Below, in pieces: positions 23,755 through 36,726 of a DNA stretch of 64,000 nucleotides; positions within the stretch are counted from its first letter, which is position 1, and each line of letters begins with the position of its first letter. Below the pieces are notes generated by a model that saw only the letters and a program-made list of their open reading frames with translations, did not search any database and was not told the DNA's origin. The translations under genes were made by a program, and so were the position numbers. Source of the DNA: Fistulifera solaris (lineage: Eukaryota); contig AP026152.1 in NCBI GenBank assembly GCA_030295235.1, positions 496,001-560,000 on the forward strand. Direction: 5' to 3'.

Positions 23755-25415
23755 ATGTTGGTTCTATTTGAGACACCTGCAGGCTACTCCTTGTTCAAAG
23801 TAAGTTTTTTTTCAAAGTTGTTAACTAAACGAGCCATAACTAAATTGTTCTTGATAGGTCGCCGATGCCAAAAAGCTGGCGAAGACGGAACCCGATGATA
23901 TCTTTGACACATTCTTCGCCGATGAGAAAAAGGCATCCAAGAATATACAGCTCGTGAGTTTTCAGCCCTTTGAAGACACGGCAGATGCCGTGACAGCAGC
24001 CACTTCCGCCATTGAGGGAAAGGTGAGCAAAACTCTCAAATCTTTCTTGAAAAGAAGCTGAAAAAATCCGCCGAATCGGCCCTCGCTGTAGCGGACAAAA
24101 CGATGGCGGTTTCTCTCAAAGAAAGTTCGGTTACGGAAAAGGGTGACTTGAAAATTGTCAGTGACAAGAAATCGCACGAAATTTTTCGAGGAATTCGTTG
24201 CTACATGGACCAGTTACTTGGCAGTGGGGCAGATGGCAGTGAGGGGGGCATTTCTCCGGACGATATGAAGGCGATGCAATTGGGTTTGTCGCATTCCTTG
24301 TCCCGATACAAGTTGAAATTTTCGGCCGACAAGGTAGATACTATGGTCATACAAGCTGTCGGGTTGTTGGATGAGTTAGACAAGGAAATCAACACGTACG
24401 CTATGCGTGTTAAAGAGTGGTACGGTTGGCACTTTCCTGAATTGCAAGCGCTGGTTCCGGACAACGCTTCTTACAGCCAGCTCGTGTTGGCTTGTGGAAT
24501 GAGAACAAACTTCAAGGATCAAGATCTTTCAAGTATTTTTGGAGGATGAGGCTCAAGAAGCTGCTGTCAAAGAAGCTGCTGAAATATCCATGGGAACAGA
24601 GATTGCCGATCTCGATATTTTGAACATATCGTCACTGGCCAAGCAGGTTCTGAGTCTCACTGAATACAGATCACAACTTTTTGAGTACTTGAAAAACCGC
24701 ATGAACGCGATTGCTCCAAACTTGACAATTCTTGTAGGAGAGTTAGTCGGTGCGCGTCTTATTTCTCACGCCGGTAGCTTGATGAACTTAGCTAAGCAAC
24801 CAGCGTCCACCGTACAAATTTTGGGGGCCGAAAAGGCGCTGTTCCGAGCACTTAAGACAAAGCACGACACACCTAAGTACGGTTTGATCTATCATGCATC
24901 ACTGATTGGCCAAGCCGCTCCGAAGCACAAAGGTAAAATTAGTCGTGTACTTGCGGCCAAGGCCGCACTTGCCATTCGAGTGGACGCTCTGTCGGACGAG
25001 ACCGCTGTCGCAGATACAACCATCGGTTTCGAAGGTCGCGCCAAAGTTGAGGCGCGATTACGACAACTGGATGGCGGAACCTTCGTAACCTCTACTTTGT
25101 CCGCCCAGAAGACTGCCAAGTATGATGCAGTTGCCGCCAAGAGCGCCGCTTCTGGAACATCTTATAATGCCGCCAGTGATATTGCCATGGACATTGGAAA
25201 CACCGAAAAAAGACAAGAAGGAAAAGAAAGACAAGAAACGCAGTCGAGAATCGATGGAATCGGCAGCGACTGAAGATGGTGATAAATCCGCAAAGAAATC
25301 CAAGAAAAGCAAGAAAGGTAAAACGGAAGATTTCGTGAACGGAGACGATGAGGAGAAGAAATCAGCCAAGAAGGCCAAGAAAGAGAAAAAGGAGAAGAGG
25401 AAATCTCAGGAGTGA
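23755..25415 (+). CDS. NOP58: Nucleolar protein 58 (box C/D snoRNP)
   Basis: [70 protein letters not shown] tail. Intron 23800-23857; frameshifts ~24050, ~24540, ~25205. Confidence 0.95.
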
Positions 25416-25611
25416 ACATTGCCATGTGTTAATACAGACGTTGTAGATCGTGTGGACTCTTATAAATTCGAACTAGCTTATTTGATACGGAATAAGTGTT
25501 TTGTGTTCTTGTCGATTTCGATGCCTAAGCCGAAGATAGAGCGGCAGTAACATTATCTGTTGCTCTTTCATTGGATTGTAGTCATTTTAGGTATCAGATG
25601 TTTAGAAAACC

Positions 25612-26007
25612 TCATTTGTCCCAGAAAAATTTCTTTTTCTTCATTTCCACCTTAGGCTTTGCCTCGGATTGAACGTACGTCGAACCCATGCGCTTCATCA
25701 TAGCCGCGTGCTTCGCTTCGTGTTCTTTCATCATGAGATCCAGATGATTGACGGAAGGATCTTTGTACTTTTGTTTCATGTGAGCCTTGTCCATATTCCC
25801 GGTGCGCCTCGCCTTCAGCAGAGCCTGTTGAGCGGCCCATTGTTCGTCCAAATGCTCTTTACCCGAACCCGACCCGTGCACGGGTGTAAAGTCGAAGAAT
25901 CCCATCGACAGGTGAGTTGCGGGGCGGTGAAGTGCTGGAAGAGGAGAGAATCCCCTCACAAGACCGGCCAGAATCACAAGTTCTGAGAAAACGAGAAGTA
26001 GTTTCAT
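25612..26007 (-). CDS. Small basic protein of unknown function, probably plastid-targeted
   Basis: Signal peptide ending VRG-FSP, transit-like segment ending THLSM, intact 131-aa ORF. Confidence 0.65.
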   Translation of the reverse strand: MKLLLVFSELVILAGLVRGFSPLPALHRPATHLSMGFFDFTPVHGSGSGKEHLDEQWAAQQALLKARRTGNMDKAHMKQKYKDPSVNHLDLMMKEHEAKHAAMMKRMGSTYVQSEAKPKVEMKKKKFFWDK

Positions 26008-26329
26008 TTTTTATCTATTCAAATTATGCGAACATAGGTTAATGATAGGAACAGGAATCGAACAAATAGAATAGTTGAGCGCACGACCTCAAACAGAACA
26101 ATGCATTGAAGCATTGAGAACTTCGCTGTCATGAATGTCAACAGGCTCTTGCGACTTTTGTGATCCGCTTTTGTGATTTTGTGATGGGATTTTGTCCGTT
26201 TGTCTGAAATGTCACGGCAAGAGTTTCCGGCCGTCCATCTCCTCGGGACTCAGATTTTTGCAGTCAACAGTAACCTTTTTTCATAATGAATAGTTGTCGG
26301 GCGCACATTGATACGACGGCACATCGATC

Positions 26330-27627
26330 CTAACCAATACCATGACAAGGAAACATCCCAAAGAGAAAGTCTATGAGATCCTCATTAAGTGATTTCGATT
26401 TCCCCGCCGTTGTTTCGGCGATTCTTTCGTCGTTTTCGCTTTTCTCTTTCGAAGGACCCCACAGTAATGTTTCTAAACGCTGAAAACCAGGCTCGGGCAA
26501 GTTCCCTCGCCGAATGGCATATACGGCATAGGCTAGAGTGCCAATCAATAGGGCGAGCGACAAAAACGCTATTTCTTGATGGGACGATCGATACTTTGTC
26601 GTAATTTCCGCCCGATCCATTTCGTCGCGAGCGATTGTGACTCCGTCCATAATTTGTTCAGCCATGGCAATGGCCATCGCTTGTCCAATTGCCATCATCG
26701 TATCCGCCCGTCCGGAATAGTGCTGATAGGTATCTCGCTCCGCGGCTTCCGGATCCATTTCTTGGACCACGTACGGAGCAGTGGGCACATAAGTCGTAAT
26801 CCGACGCATGCGGGCGAGATTCACCACCGACTTTTGCATTTCCCGAAAATCCAGTTCTTTTTTCATGGCATTGACCGTTCCTTGTCCACCCAGTTCACCC
26901 ACCAAGATAGGTAGCCCCGATTTGATCTTGGTTCTCATGAACGTCAACAGTATGGTCAAATTGTCCTTGTAATTTCGGTTCGCGACGACATCTTCCAAAT
27001 CGGAGTAGCCATGCCACCACACTAGTCCTTTGATATCGTAGCGCGCGTGTTTGTACTCGGGACCAAGGATCGTATCCAGGTGTTTCACTGCGTCTTTGAT
27101 GTTCGATAAGAGCCGAAACCATTGAAAGCCACCGGGTTCTTTGCCCAAGGGCGGCCGAAAATCTTTTGCAAGGTTCTTCCACTCCACGCCGATTTAATCA
27201 ACAACACAGGTTCGTCAAAGAATTCCCCCAAGACGTGACCAAACTCGACTTCGGGGCCGAACAAATTGGCGTGTGCACCAAATCCCTTGACCGTCAAATT
27301 TCCGTGCAGAAACGGTTTCCCTCGTTCGTGATCGTAATAGACAAAGACATCGTCCCGTGATTTCCACGTAACACCGTCGTCTTCCAACCAGTGTCGATAA
27401 CGGTCTTTTGTAGCTTCTTGCGTCGCTAATTCGTGAAGGTGTGGCAACGAAGCGTAACCTTCGACATTGTCGTCACCGGCTAAAATAAACACGTGTACAA
27501 GCGGGCGTTGGAACCAGCTGGCTTCTACTTCTTGAACCAGAAGTCCTATTATTAGACTAGTCGTTAGAAACAACGGTTGCAGTAAACGAATTGTCATTCT
27601 TATAAAACGACGACGAGGGTCCGCCAT
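26330..27627 (-). CDS. SGNH/sialate O-acetylesterase (SASA)-like membrane-anchored protein
   Basis: VFILAGDDNVEG, FGPEVEFG, VLLIKSAWSG, DFRPP, GLVWWHGYSD, HYSGRADT; C-terminal TM. Frameshift ~27180. Confidence 0.75.
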
Positions 27628-28810
27628 GGTCGTTTTTGCCAAAATGTGTGTGCGATATGTTTGAGTGACTTTTTTTGGGCGGAAAATGACCCCTGACGGA
27701 AATCCAGTAAGTCCCGTCGGAACACGGAAGATCAATTCAATTGTGTATGATAGAGTCCGAAAACGGCACTTCACAAACATCCAACATGATTGCTCCTGCT
27801 GTTGCAATATATTCCATTCACAACAAACGCCAGCAATGGAACTTGTATTGCAGCCTTCATTTTATAATTTTATAACTGACATCCAGTCGTGGCTACCTAG
27901 AACCTACACGTTTGCACTATAGTAAATTTTAAACAAAACGAATGGCAAGGATTTTAGACGACAACAATGAAGAGGAGAGCTGCAAATTAGATTTCAAAAA
28001 ACAAAGAGTCGTGTTTAAGTCACATCAGTCAACAAGCTCATGATCCAAAGGGAATGTAGGCTGCAGTCGGGGTCGAGCAATTTGGACTCATGACTGAAAT
28101 AATGCAGTCGTGAATACCGTAAAGTTACACTTTGTACCTATACAAAAAATGCAAACTAAATTTACAGGAATGGTTATCGAGAGAGAACTGCTAGACTAGA
28201 GGGTTTAAAGTTAATGATAACGTGATTTAAAAATGACAGAGTCATCTAAACAAGCAAGGAGGCTTCATAGACACTCATGATATGAAAAATCTTGCTTTCA
28301 TGGCTGAAATATTGTTTTCGTAACATTAAACCATTTCGCTACAATTGGGGCTATAGTAAAGTAGACGGCTAAGCTTTTCCCGCACCGCTCGCGTGAAAAC
28401 ATCACGTGCCCACATTAAAAACATTCTCTGGAAACATTCTCTGGACACGTGAAAACCCACACCACGCTCACACCTCCACATTTTCTGGACAAACGAAACT
28501 GAACGAAAGGCGCCTCGAAAAACAAAAGGACATCATGCATTGCTCTGATATGTGGATAATTACCAGGTAAGCTGTCTAGGTGCATTGCAAATATTGCTGA
28601 AGGTGATACAAGAATTATACTGTTTCGTGCTGACGATAAGTTGGAGGGAAGCATGTCAAGAGCGTTCTAAGAAATCCACCGGTGCCTGCGATCGTTGTTA
28701 AAAACAATCTAAATTACAGCTGTGACATGAAATACGTGTAATGTGATGTAAATGAGCGATCTCAAAACCACTTTTCAAGTCTCTGACATGTTTCAAAGCC
28801 GCAATCAAAA

Positions 28811-29408
28811 ATGACTCGACTAGATGTCGAATTCGGGTCCATCACAGCCGACAATATCGAGCACGTAAGTCGATCATTAAGACAATCATTGTTTCATTGA
28901 TGAAGGTCCCTTCTCCCGGAGTTGCCGAAAACATTTCACTCACTTTGCCTGAAACGCACAGTTGCGTAGAATAAACGGGGCATCGTTTCCAATAGTGTAC
29001 AATCAGGCCTACTACAAGGACTTGTTAGATCAAGACGACGCCTCGCAACTCAACCAGTTTGCTTTTTATAAAGGTCAAATTGTGGGAGCCATTTGTGCGG
29101 TTTTGCAAGACATTGCTGCAGGAGATCAACACGTTTACATCCGGACCCTGGCTGTACTTGCCGCGTACCGTGGACGAGGGATTGGGAGTCAGTTGATGGA
29201 GAGATTACTGCACTATTGCGAGCAACGACCTTCGGTGATGGAAGTCTCGTTGCATGTTCAGATTTCGAATGACGATGCTATCGATTTTTACACAAACAAA
29301 TTTCAATTCACGAAAGGAGAACTGGTAGAAAACTATTACCGGCGCGTCGATCCGCCGCATTGCTATCGTTTGTATCGAGTCATTCGCAAGGGTGATTCGA
29401 ACGCTTGA
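28811..29408 (+). CDS. NAA50: N-alpha-acetyltransferase, NAA50/NatE-like
   Basis: FPIVY, YIRTLAVLAAYRGRGIGS, LHVQISNDDAIDFY, NYYRR. Intron 28865-28961. Confidence 0.85.
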
Positions 29409-29460
29409 CGCGAAGCTTGAACATAAATGAAGGTTCTCTGCTAAATAACAAATGTTTAGA

Positions 29461-30838
29461 CTACATGAATTCTCTTCTTATGACTTTTCTTTCGCAAAGG
29501 TTCGCAAGCGCTGCAAACTCAACGCAAACTCTTCCTCGGTGGCTGCAGTAAACACGCAGCGAAAAAAAGCCGGGCTGTTCATTCTTCATGCTTAATCCCG
29601 GCGTCAGAAGAAGACCATACGTATGCACCAGCTCCAAATAAAGCTTCCGTTCCTGTTCACTGGGAGTCAAATGACTGTCGCTCGGTAAATAGCGTGACAA
29701 GTCGATCCAAACAAAAAAGTCCCGCGGTCGGTGTCAAATACGGTATACGGAATTCATCCAACACTGCGGTCAATTGTGCACTGCGTTGCGCTAAACGACT
29801 GTGATTCATACGTCGAAAGGCGTGGACCCACGATTCACCTCCTTCCATTTCGTGTTCCAAGATCATCTTGGTCCACAATTGCGTCGTGGACGAAATGCAA
29901 CACAAATCGTTCAACTTTTGTAGGGGCAACACAATTTCTTCATTTTCCGTATACGCGGCCCCGACCCGCAGCCCCGATAACGCAAAATCTTTGCTCAAGG
30001 CGTACACCCAATGCACGTAGGGACCCAAACCTTGGTCGTGGCGATCGGCCAATTGCAATGCCGACACAAAGGTCTCTCCATAGACCGATCCGGCATAAAT
30101 TTCGTCACTAATGAGATGAATCTGTCGTTCCCGACACCATTGAATGCATTCTTGAACGACCGAGGGTGGATAACAAATGCCCAGTGGATTGTGCGGATGA
30201 CTCAGTAAGAGTATTTTGGGAGTACTTTGCTGTTGAAGGCATCGTTCGTAGGCGGCATTGAGTGCGGCCGTGTTGGGAAAGTAGATTTGTGCGTCGTTCT
30301 GCTGTTTGGTTGGATGATAGGCGTGTGTCGTCACGGGTTCGACTCGCAATCCCGCCCGTGCGACGAGATCAAATTCAAAGGCGGCATAATACGGTGTTGG
30401 TAGGAGGACGGATTCACCCGCCTCGGCCAAAGTAAAGCAGAGATTTTCCAAGACGGCATTGCAACCGGCTCCCAAAACGAGATTTTCTCGTTTCAACCGC
30501 AGTGGCTGTAATTGGAGCAAATCTTCAATGTACGTAGCCATCGTGTCAATAAAGTCGGCCCGGCCCTGTGTCGGCTGATAGTAAATGGCATTTGCCGGAA
30601 TGGAGACCGGTCGATTCAGAGCCGGCACCAACCAATCTTCCAACAGGAGAGATTCGGCAACTCCCAATTGTAAAGCTCCTTGAGGATGTTCGGGACTGTA
30701 TCGAACAACCGATCGCGCATCGGCGAGATAGGAAGGCAACAAACGGACGGCATCTCGTCCGCGTGCGGAACTGAGCGACGACGCGAGTCGTTTTGTGGCG
30801 GTGACAAATGAAGGATTGCGGCTCGCGGGTGTTGCCAT
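29461..30838 (-). CDS. PLP-dependent aminotransferase class I/II, ACC-synthase-like
   Basis: LGVAE, PTPYYAAFEFDL, PHNPLG, ISDEIYA, SKDFALSGLRVG. Frameshifts in A runs ~29715 and ~29565; 3' end approximate. Confidence 0.85.
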
Positions 30839-31245
30839 TCTTGAATATCTAGTTTATATTAGAATGAAGATGGTTTTCAAGACAAAGATGATAAGCAATG
30901 GTCCGATTTTGTTATCTAACTGCAACACTGCATAGAGATTGGAGGGAGTTTATTATTATTTTGTGTTTGTTTTCTGTGGACGAAAACATGCCGATACGAG
31001 TCACTATACGACGTCAGTATGTATCGCTTATAATGTACCTCTTGTACGTTTCTTTCTTTTCTTTCAGCTTCAACAAAAGCATCAACATAAAACGCATCAT
31101 CAACATGATGTTGTAATCATCTTTCAATTAAACTGGTTCAACACAAATCCCTACTATCTTGTAAAAGCAGATCGCACTCACACGTTGTAGCTGAAATCAT
31201 ATCCGTTGCCTTGAAGCCTCCGAACTTAAAATAAATATCATAAAG

Positions 31246-32262
31246 ATGCGCACCTTCCCTCTATTCGGCTGCATCGCGATCAGCATGGCATTCCTGCCGT
31301 CACGCCTGCTGGCATTCCAGCTGATAACACAGCAACATTGCTCTAGATCTAGTACACATCACAGTATGATTGCGAATTTATTCAGTACCGACAACAACAA
31401 GAATTTGCCGTCATTGCCGAAAGACGTAAAAGAAGCCGTCAGCAAATGCCGCGAGGCGACCCAAGAAGCCTTGAAGAACCGCATCAGTCGGATGGATATC
31501 GAATTTCCCGTTGGAACCAAATTCAATGTCGAAAAATCTGCCACCAAGAGCAAAGGACCACCGTCGTTACAAGACTTTCAACGATCCGATCGGGAATTGG
31601 CGCGATTGTTTGTCGATATGTTTCAACCGGTCGGAGGAGATCGGATTGCCGTCATTTTCAAAGACGATGATCAGGCGAAGCAAGCCAAGAACCTCTGGAA
31701 AGGGGATGCTTCGGCGGCTTCGCGTATCTTGGCATTAAATCGCGGCAAGAAACAAAGAACAGCCAAAAAGTCCTTGGGATTTGCCAACAAATTGGCCGCC
31801 GAACTCGAGGAAGAAAAATCCTCGGGACCGTTTTCCTTGCCGGAGAATATTGAAGTCGCTCTGTTTGTTAGTCCGGGACCGAAAGAACTTGTCGTCGTGG
31901 AAAAATATGCGATCAAGTCGGTGATGGCACCTTGGTTGTTCTGCTCAACACACGATTGGCATCTATTTCCAATTTCGGATCGACGGCCGCCACGAAACTG
32001 TTTACGCAAACATTTGAGTCGGTCTTTCATTTAGCGGCAGCGCCTCAAGATGCCGCGCCGAATTGTCTGTTGCACCGAGCCTACCCGAAGGACTGGGTGC
32101 TGGCGAGGAAAACCCGCCGTCGGTCCACCAAAATCCATGGGACGATGGTCGCAACGACCCACCCTGGAAGAATGTGCGTCGACGTTTCAGTCGCTGCAGC
32201 TATCCGACGTGGAACGAGGGGTGGAAAATGTTGTGGAGAATGTGGCCAGTTGGCTGAAATAG
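31246..32262 (+). CDS. DUF1995-like plastid protein
   Basis: Presequence LLA-FQL; ALKNRISRMDIEFP, VVLLN, LHRAYPKDW...QRPT pattern. Frameshifts ~31905 and ~32110. Confidence 0.65.
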
Positions 32263-32663
32263 ACAAAGGAAATCACGACGTTCTTCAAGAGTCAACTAAA
32301 AGGATGCGTGGACAGTTGGAGGGTGCGCGGGCCGTCAACGCTAAAGTAACCAACAGCTGGTATCTCTTAATCGTTTGTACTAAAGTCTCTCTAGAGATAA
32401 CATCTAATGATAATAAGCGACTACGTATATTAAGTAACGATACTAGCCTGAGCATGATGATTTATAAATGGTACAATACACGACCATATACCACATTCCA
32501 TCATCCAACCAAAGGAACACAGCTGATCCCGAAAACCGGCTTACACAGCGTAGAACAAAGACACAGATCTACACACCGGCACACATCTCGGTAACCAACA
32601 CCTTCAATTGTTTCAAGAAAGACACAGATAGATGGCCAGGTAGACTCACATCACATCAAATAC

Positions 32664-34641
32664 TTATTTTCTCCAGCCGCCATCGCAGTAGCTGACGCAG
32701 ACGTATTCACATCCATCGCCAGTTGCGAGACCTCGGAACTTGCGGCCGTACTGCCAGAAGCACCAGATTCACCCGTGGGGCATATCTTCTCGTATTCGCA
32801 GCACTCTAATGAACCTTCGCCGCTCTTGCTACCACTCTTGCTACCGGAATCAGGGCAATAACAATCGCAACTGCAGACAACATCGTCGGTGGGGCAGTGG
32901 TGTCCCTTGCCCTTTCCTTTACCGTGGTGATGTCCCTTGCCTTTACCCTTTCCTTTGCCGCCCTTGCCCTTTCCTTTACCCTTGCCGCTCTTCTTCAAGA
33001 TACGACCGCCACGCTTGCCGGCGTAATCGTCATCAGCAGCGTCGTCGTCTTCTTCAACGACGTAGTCGTCACCATCATCGTCAGTCGGGTGTTCGCCACC
33101 AACGCAGCACTCGCAGTCACAGTCGCAACCGGCACCGTCGGTGTAAGAGTGAGTGGGGTAGCAGACACCAGTAGTGTCATCGTCTTCCACAATCATAGCG
33201 TCGTCGAAGTCCGGGCAGGGTTCAATGCAGACGTATCCACATCCAGCTCCCTTGCTCGAGCCACCGTCGCACTCATAAGAATACTTCAAGCAGCACTCAT
33301 CGTCACTGATGGCGACAGGAGGAGATACAGGGGGTTGGACGGGTGGTCGAACCGGAGGAGACACAGGGGTCGAACCGGTGGGCTCACAGGAGCAGTGGGG
33401 ACAATCTCGTCATCGTCGCAGAAGTCAACGCAGACGTAGTAGCACTCTTCACCGCTCTTGGATCCGTTGTACTCGCAGACCTCTTCATATCCACAGCATT
33501 CGATCTCATCATCAGTGTGGTCGTCATCGTAGTAACCACCCTTTCCTTTGCCTTTACCCTTGGAGCTTCCCTTGCCCTTTCCTTTACCCTTTCCTTTGCC
33601 TTCAGGAGTAGGAGGAGAGACAGGAGGACGGACGGGGGGCGACACAGGAGGTCGCACAGGCGGCGAAACAGGAACAGTTGGAATAATATCCGGGGTAGGA
33701 GGAGATACCGGAGGTCGAACAGGTGGCGCAACCGGAACAGTTGGAATAATATCCGGGGTAGGAGGAGATACCGGAGGTCGAACAGGTGGCGCAACCGGAA
33801 CAGTTGGAATAATATCCGGGGTAGGAGGAGATACCGGAGGTCGAACAGGTGGCGCAACCGGAACAGTTGGAATGATATCCGGAGTAGGAGGCTCCACCGG
33901 GGGTCTGACCGGAGGCGGAACAGGAGGTCGCACAGGCGGCGTAACCGGGACCGTCGGAACGATATCCGGGGTAGGAGGCGAAACCGGAGGACGGACCGGA
34001 GGCGAAACAGGAGGACTGACCGGAGGAGACACTGGCGGCGAAACCGGTGGAGGAACCGGGGGTGTCACAGGAACTGTCGGAATGATATCCGGGGTAGGTG
34101 CCGGAACAGGCGCAGGGACGGGCACTGGAAACGGAGGTGTCACTGGAACTGTCGGAATGATATCCGGAGTCGGTGCTGGCACCGGAGCAGGGACGGGCAC
34201 AGGGACCGGAACAGGCACGGGGACCGGAACTGGCGCCGGAACCGGTACAGGCACTGGAACCGGCACAGGGACCGGAACGGGCACGGGAACAGGTCTTGTG
34301 GGGACAATATCCGGAGTAGGAGCAGGAGGAATGGGAGCATCCGTCGGTGCCTCGCCGGTTGGTTCAGGGCTGGGCGCGTTTTCGGGGAATTCGCAATCGC
34401 ATACTAGCTCATCACCAACCTCGTCACAGAAACAGCATTCGTCCTCACAAGCGGAGCAATCTTGGAAGCAGGCAGGATGAGGAGCGTCGGGGGACGGCTT
34501 CGGGGGGCATTTCTCGTAGCAGCAGGCGCTGAGGACGCTCAGCTCGCGAGAACGAGTTTTGTCGCAGCCAGCTTTCGCAGGCTTCGCGCTGACAGCAGAC
34601 ACCACTGAGAGCAGTGCCAAAGTCACTGAAAGAAACTTCAT
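32664..34641 (-). CDS. Secreted Pro/Val-rich, Cys-rich protein with GKGK blocks (candidate cell-wall/biosilica protein), paralog 1
   Basis: Signal peptide, (PV)n, PPVS/PPVR repeats, ECC modules. Frameshifts ~33370 and ~32765; restored C-terminus [18 protein letters not shown]. Confidence 0.85.
33660..33900. repeat. Coding tandem repeat, 63-bp unit ([21 protein letters not shown])
   Basis: GGAACAGTTGGAAT recurs at 63-bp spacing, about 4 copies. Confidence 0.9.
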
Positions 34642-35324
34642 TGTGCAAGATACTCAATACAGTACTTGAATGTCCACGTAATGAGTTAATAACGCGTCTG
34701 TAATTTTTTGTGAGGATGCAAAGGAGGTGCAAAGTGAGAGAGATGCGACTCGAAAGGAGTGCTGACGAGGCGTGCGACACGAACTGTCCAACGGAGTGTC
34801 CGCCCGACTCAAGCACTTAGGGGTAAGTCGACGCAAAAAAATCGCATGGTACTAAAAATTTCGCACGGTCGGTGAGAATTTCCCGTGCCAAAGTCGACCG
34901 AGGTGCACCATGGCCGTTTTGGCTAGAGGATGCGTCGCTTTCCCGAATCAATGAAAAGAAACTCCATCAGGGGTAATAGCTGATAGAAAGCCTGAAGTCG
35001 CCTTCAACAACCCTGTTTGTCAAGCGAGTCGTGCCGTTGCTGGATGGTCGTTCGAACCGATCAACGAGAAGCTGTTTTACCGAAGCTCGAGCCTTTTGTT
35101 GTCGCTTTGATTGCTGCTTCTTACGCTCCGACAGCCATGACGAAGCGATCCATGGTGATTATTCCCAAGCATTTCGACGACGACAAGGGAAGAGGCTTAG
35201 CACACCAGCCAAAATTGCGATACGAATTCTAATGCCCGATGACTCAAACCTCCCCGCGAACTTTCGATGCGATTGCCCAAAACACACAACGAAATTCATA
35301 CAAACATTCCGTCGTCTTCTAAGC

Positions 35325-35660
35325 AATCATCATTCATAGTTTCATTTGCCGTACCTTACTTTTATCGCAAATTGGTGTGAAACAACTGCGAGAGCACAAT
35401 TTTATAATGACGAGAGGGAGGTGCAAGCGCCGTGCGCCTTCCGTTTGTTTCGACTCCCATCCACTGGCTTTGCTGCCAACACAGCGTCTAAGTAAATTTG
35501 AACAAGATTGGCTTGCTGGCGCTCGGAATTTTTGAAGATTGTTTGTCACATAGACACTATCTATCGTTTCAAATTTATTCATACATACAAGTACGTATGT
35601 TCAGTACACTATGTATCAATACTCAACCGGTGACAAAAACCAAAATTTTTATTCCCACCG
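35325..35660. repeat. Non-coding block duplicated at ~38318-38610, upstream of both Pro-rich paralogs
   Basis: TCATCATTCATAGTTTCATTTGCCGTACCTTACTTTTATCGCAAATTG vs TCATCATTCATTGTTTCATTTGTCGTACCTTACTTTTGTCGCGAATTG; colinear to TCAACCGG..TTCCCACCG. Confidence 0.85.
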
Positions 35661-36726
35661 CATCACGACAAAAAAGTCCCACGTATGTCGGATGGAGAGA
35701 GCCGGCCGGCATTACTACTCAACTAGTGTGTGGAGTAGTCTCCGTTGTGCATTTCCGTTAGCTAGAGTTCATGAGGTCGTGGCTCCCAGCTCACCGCTCA
35801 CCGGTGACCGGTGGAAGGGTGGAAGGTGAAATAATCAAAAACAACACCAAGCACCACGAAGTCGGCATTCACACAAAAACTCGAAACAAGGTACCCGGTA
35901 CCTAGTATCGAACTCGAAATTTGAATGCCGTCACTTCCACTATGTTCGATGATTCCATACAATGGTTAACAAATACTGGTAAAGTGCTTCAGAGGTGCTA
36001 ACGTAACTTTTCAAAGGATGTATTGCACTTCAGCATTTTTCTTTCTATCTAACCTTACGGACGACTAGTGACAGTGGCTCAAAAAGACCGAAGTGCTGAA
36101 GGTTGCTGGGAAAAAATGAATATTTTGGCCGCAAAACGGGAGGCAATATCTTTTTTTAAGCAAGGAACCACCCTTACGGCTCGCATGGTCAGTAGTCAAG
36201 TTCCTTCGGTCTTGAAAAAAAAAACAATGCTTTCTGCAAAAAGCTGTCTCTTTCAACAAGCGACTGATCCAAAGCATTACTTGCTTGAGGACGCCTAAAA
36301 TGATATTTGCTACGAAAGATGCGATTCGCTAAGTAGTAGAGACAAGCTTGTAGCGGTGCAGCAGTAGCGTTCGCAGATTTGCAGAATAGTCGGGTTTCTT
36401 GTCTTTTGACGCCAGTACGGACAAGATGCTATGATAGGTTCAGATGCCGGGGTTCATGCTCATGCCGCTGGCAGAGTTCAGCATGTACAGCTCGAGCATC
36501 ATAAAGGTTGCTGATGTCGTGAGTTCGAGCTAAGGAAAGAATCATTATCTACTAGAATGAATGAAAACACAATTTTCTATTTAACAGTAATCAGCGATTA
36601 CAAATAAAGCTCGTACTTGTGAGTTATTGCGCCAGCAACAAAGTAAACAAGACCAAATGCGAGTGCTTAAGGGTGCCTTTTAACAGATAGATGGCTAGGA
36701 AGATTGACTCGGATCATATGGAGTTT

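Noticed and set aside
17917..25415. TIGR-Tas-like system (dual-repeat array near a Nop-domain gene)
   Set aside because: The Nop gene is a canonical full-length NOP58 with an intron and KKE tail, two unrelated genes intervene, the sequence between CCA and TG is essentially invariant, and the second array copy is far from NOP58. Proximity is probably chance.
36330..36530. Possible decayed coding fragment on the - strand
   Set aside because: Interrupted by stops and no identifiable family.
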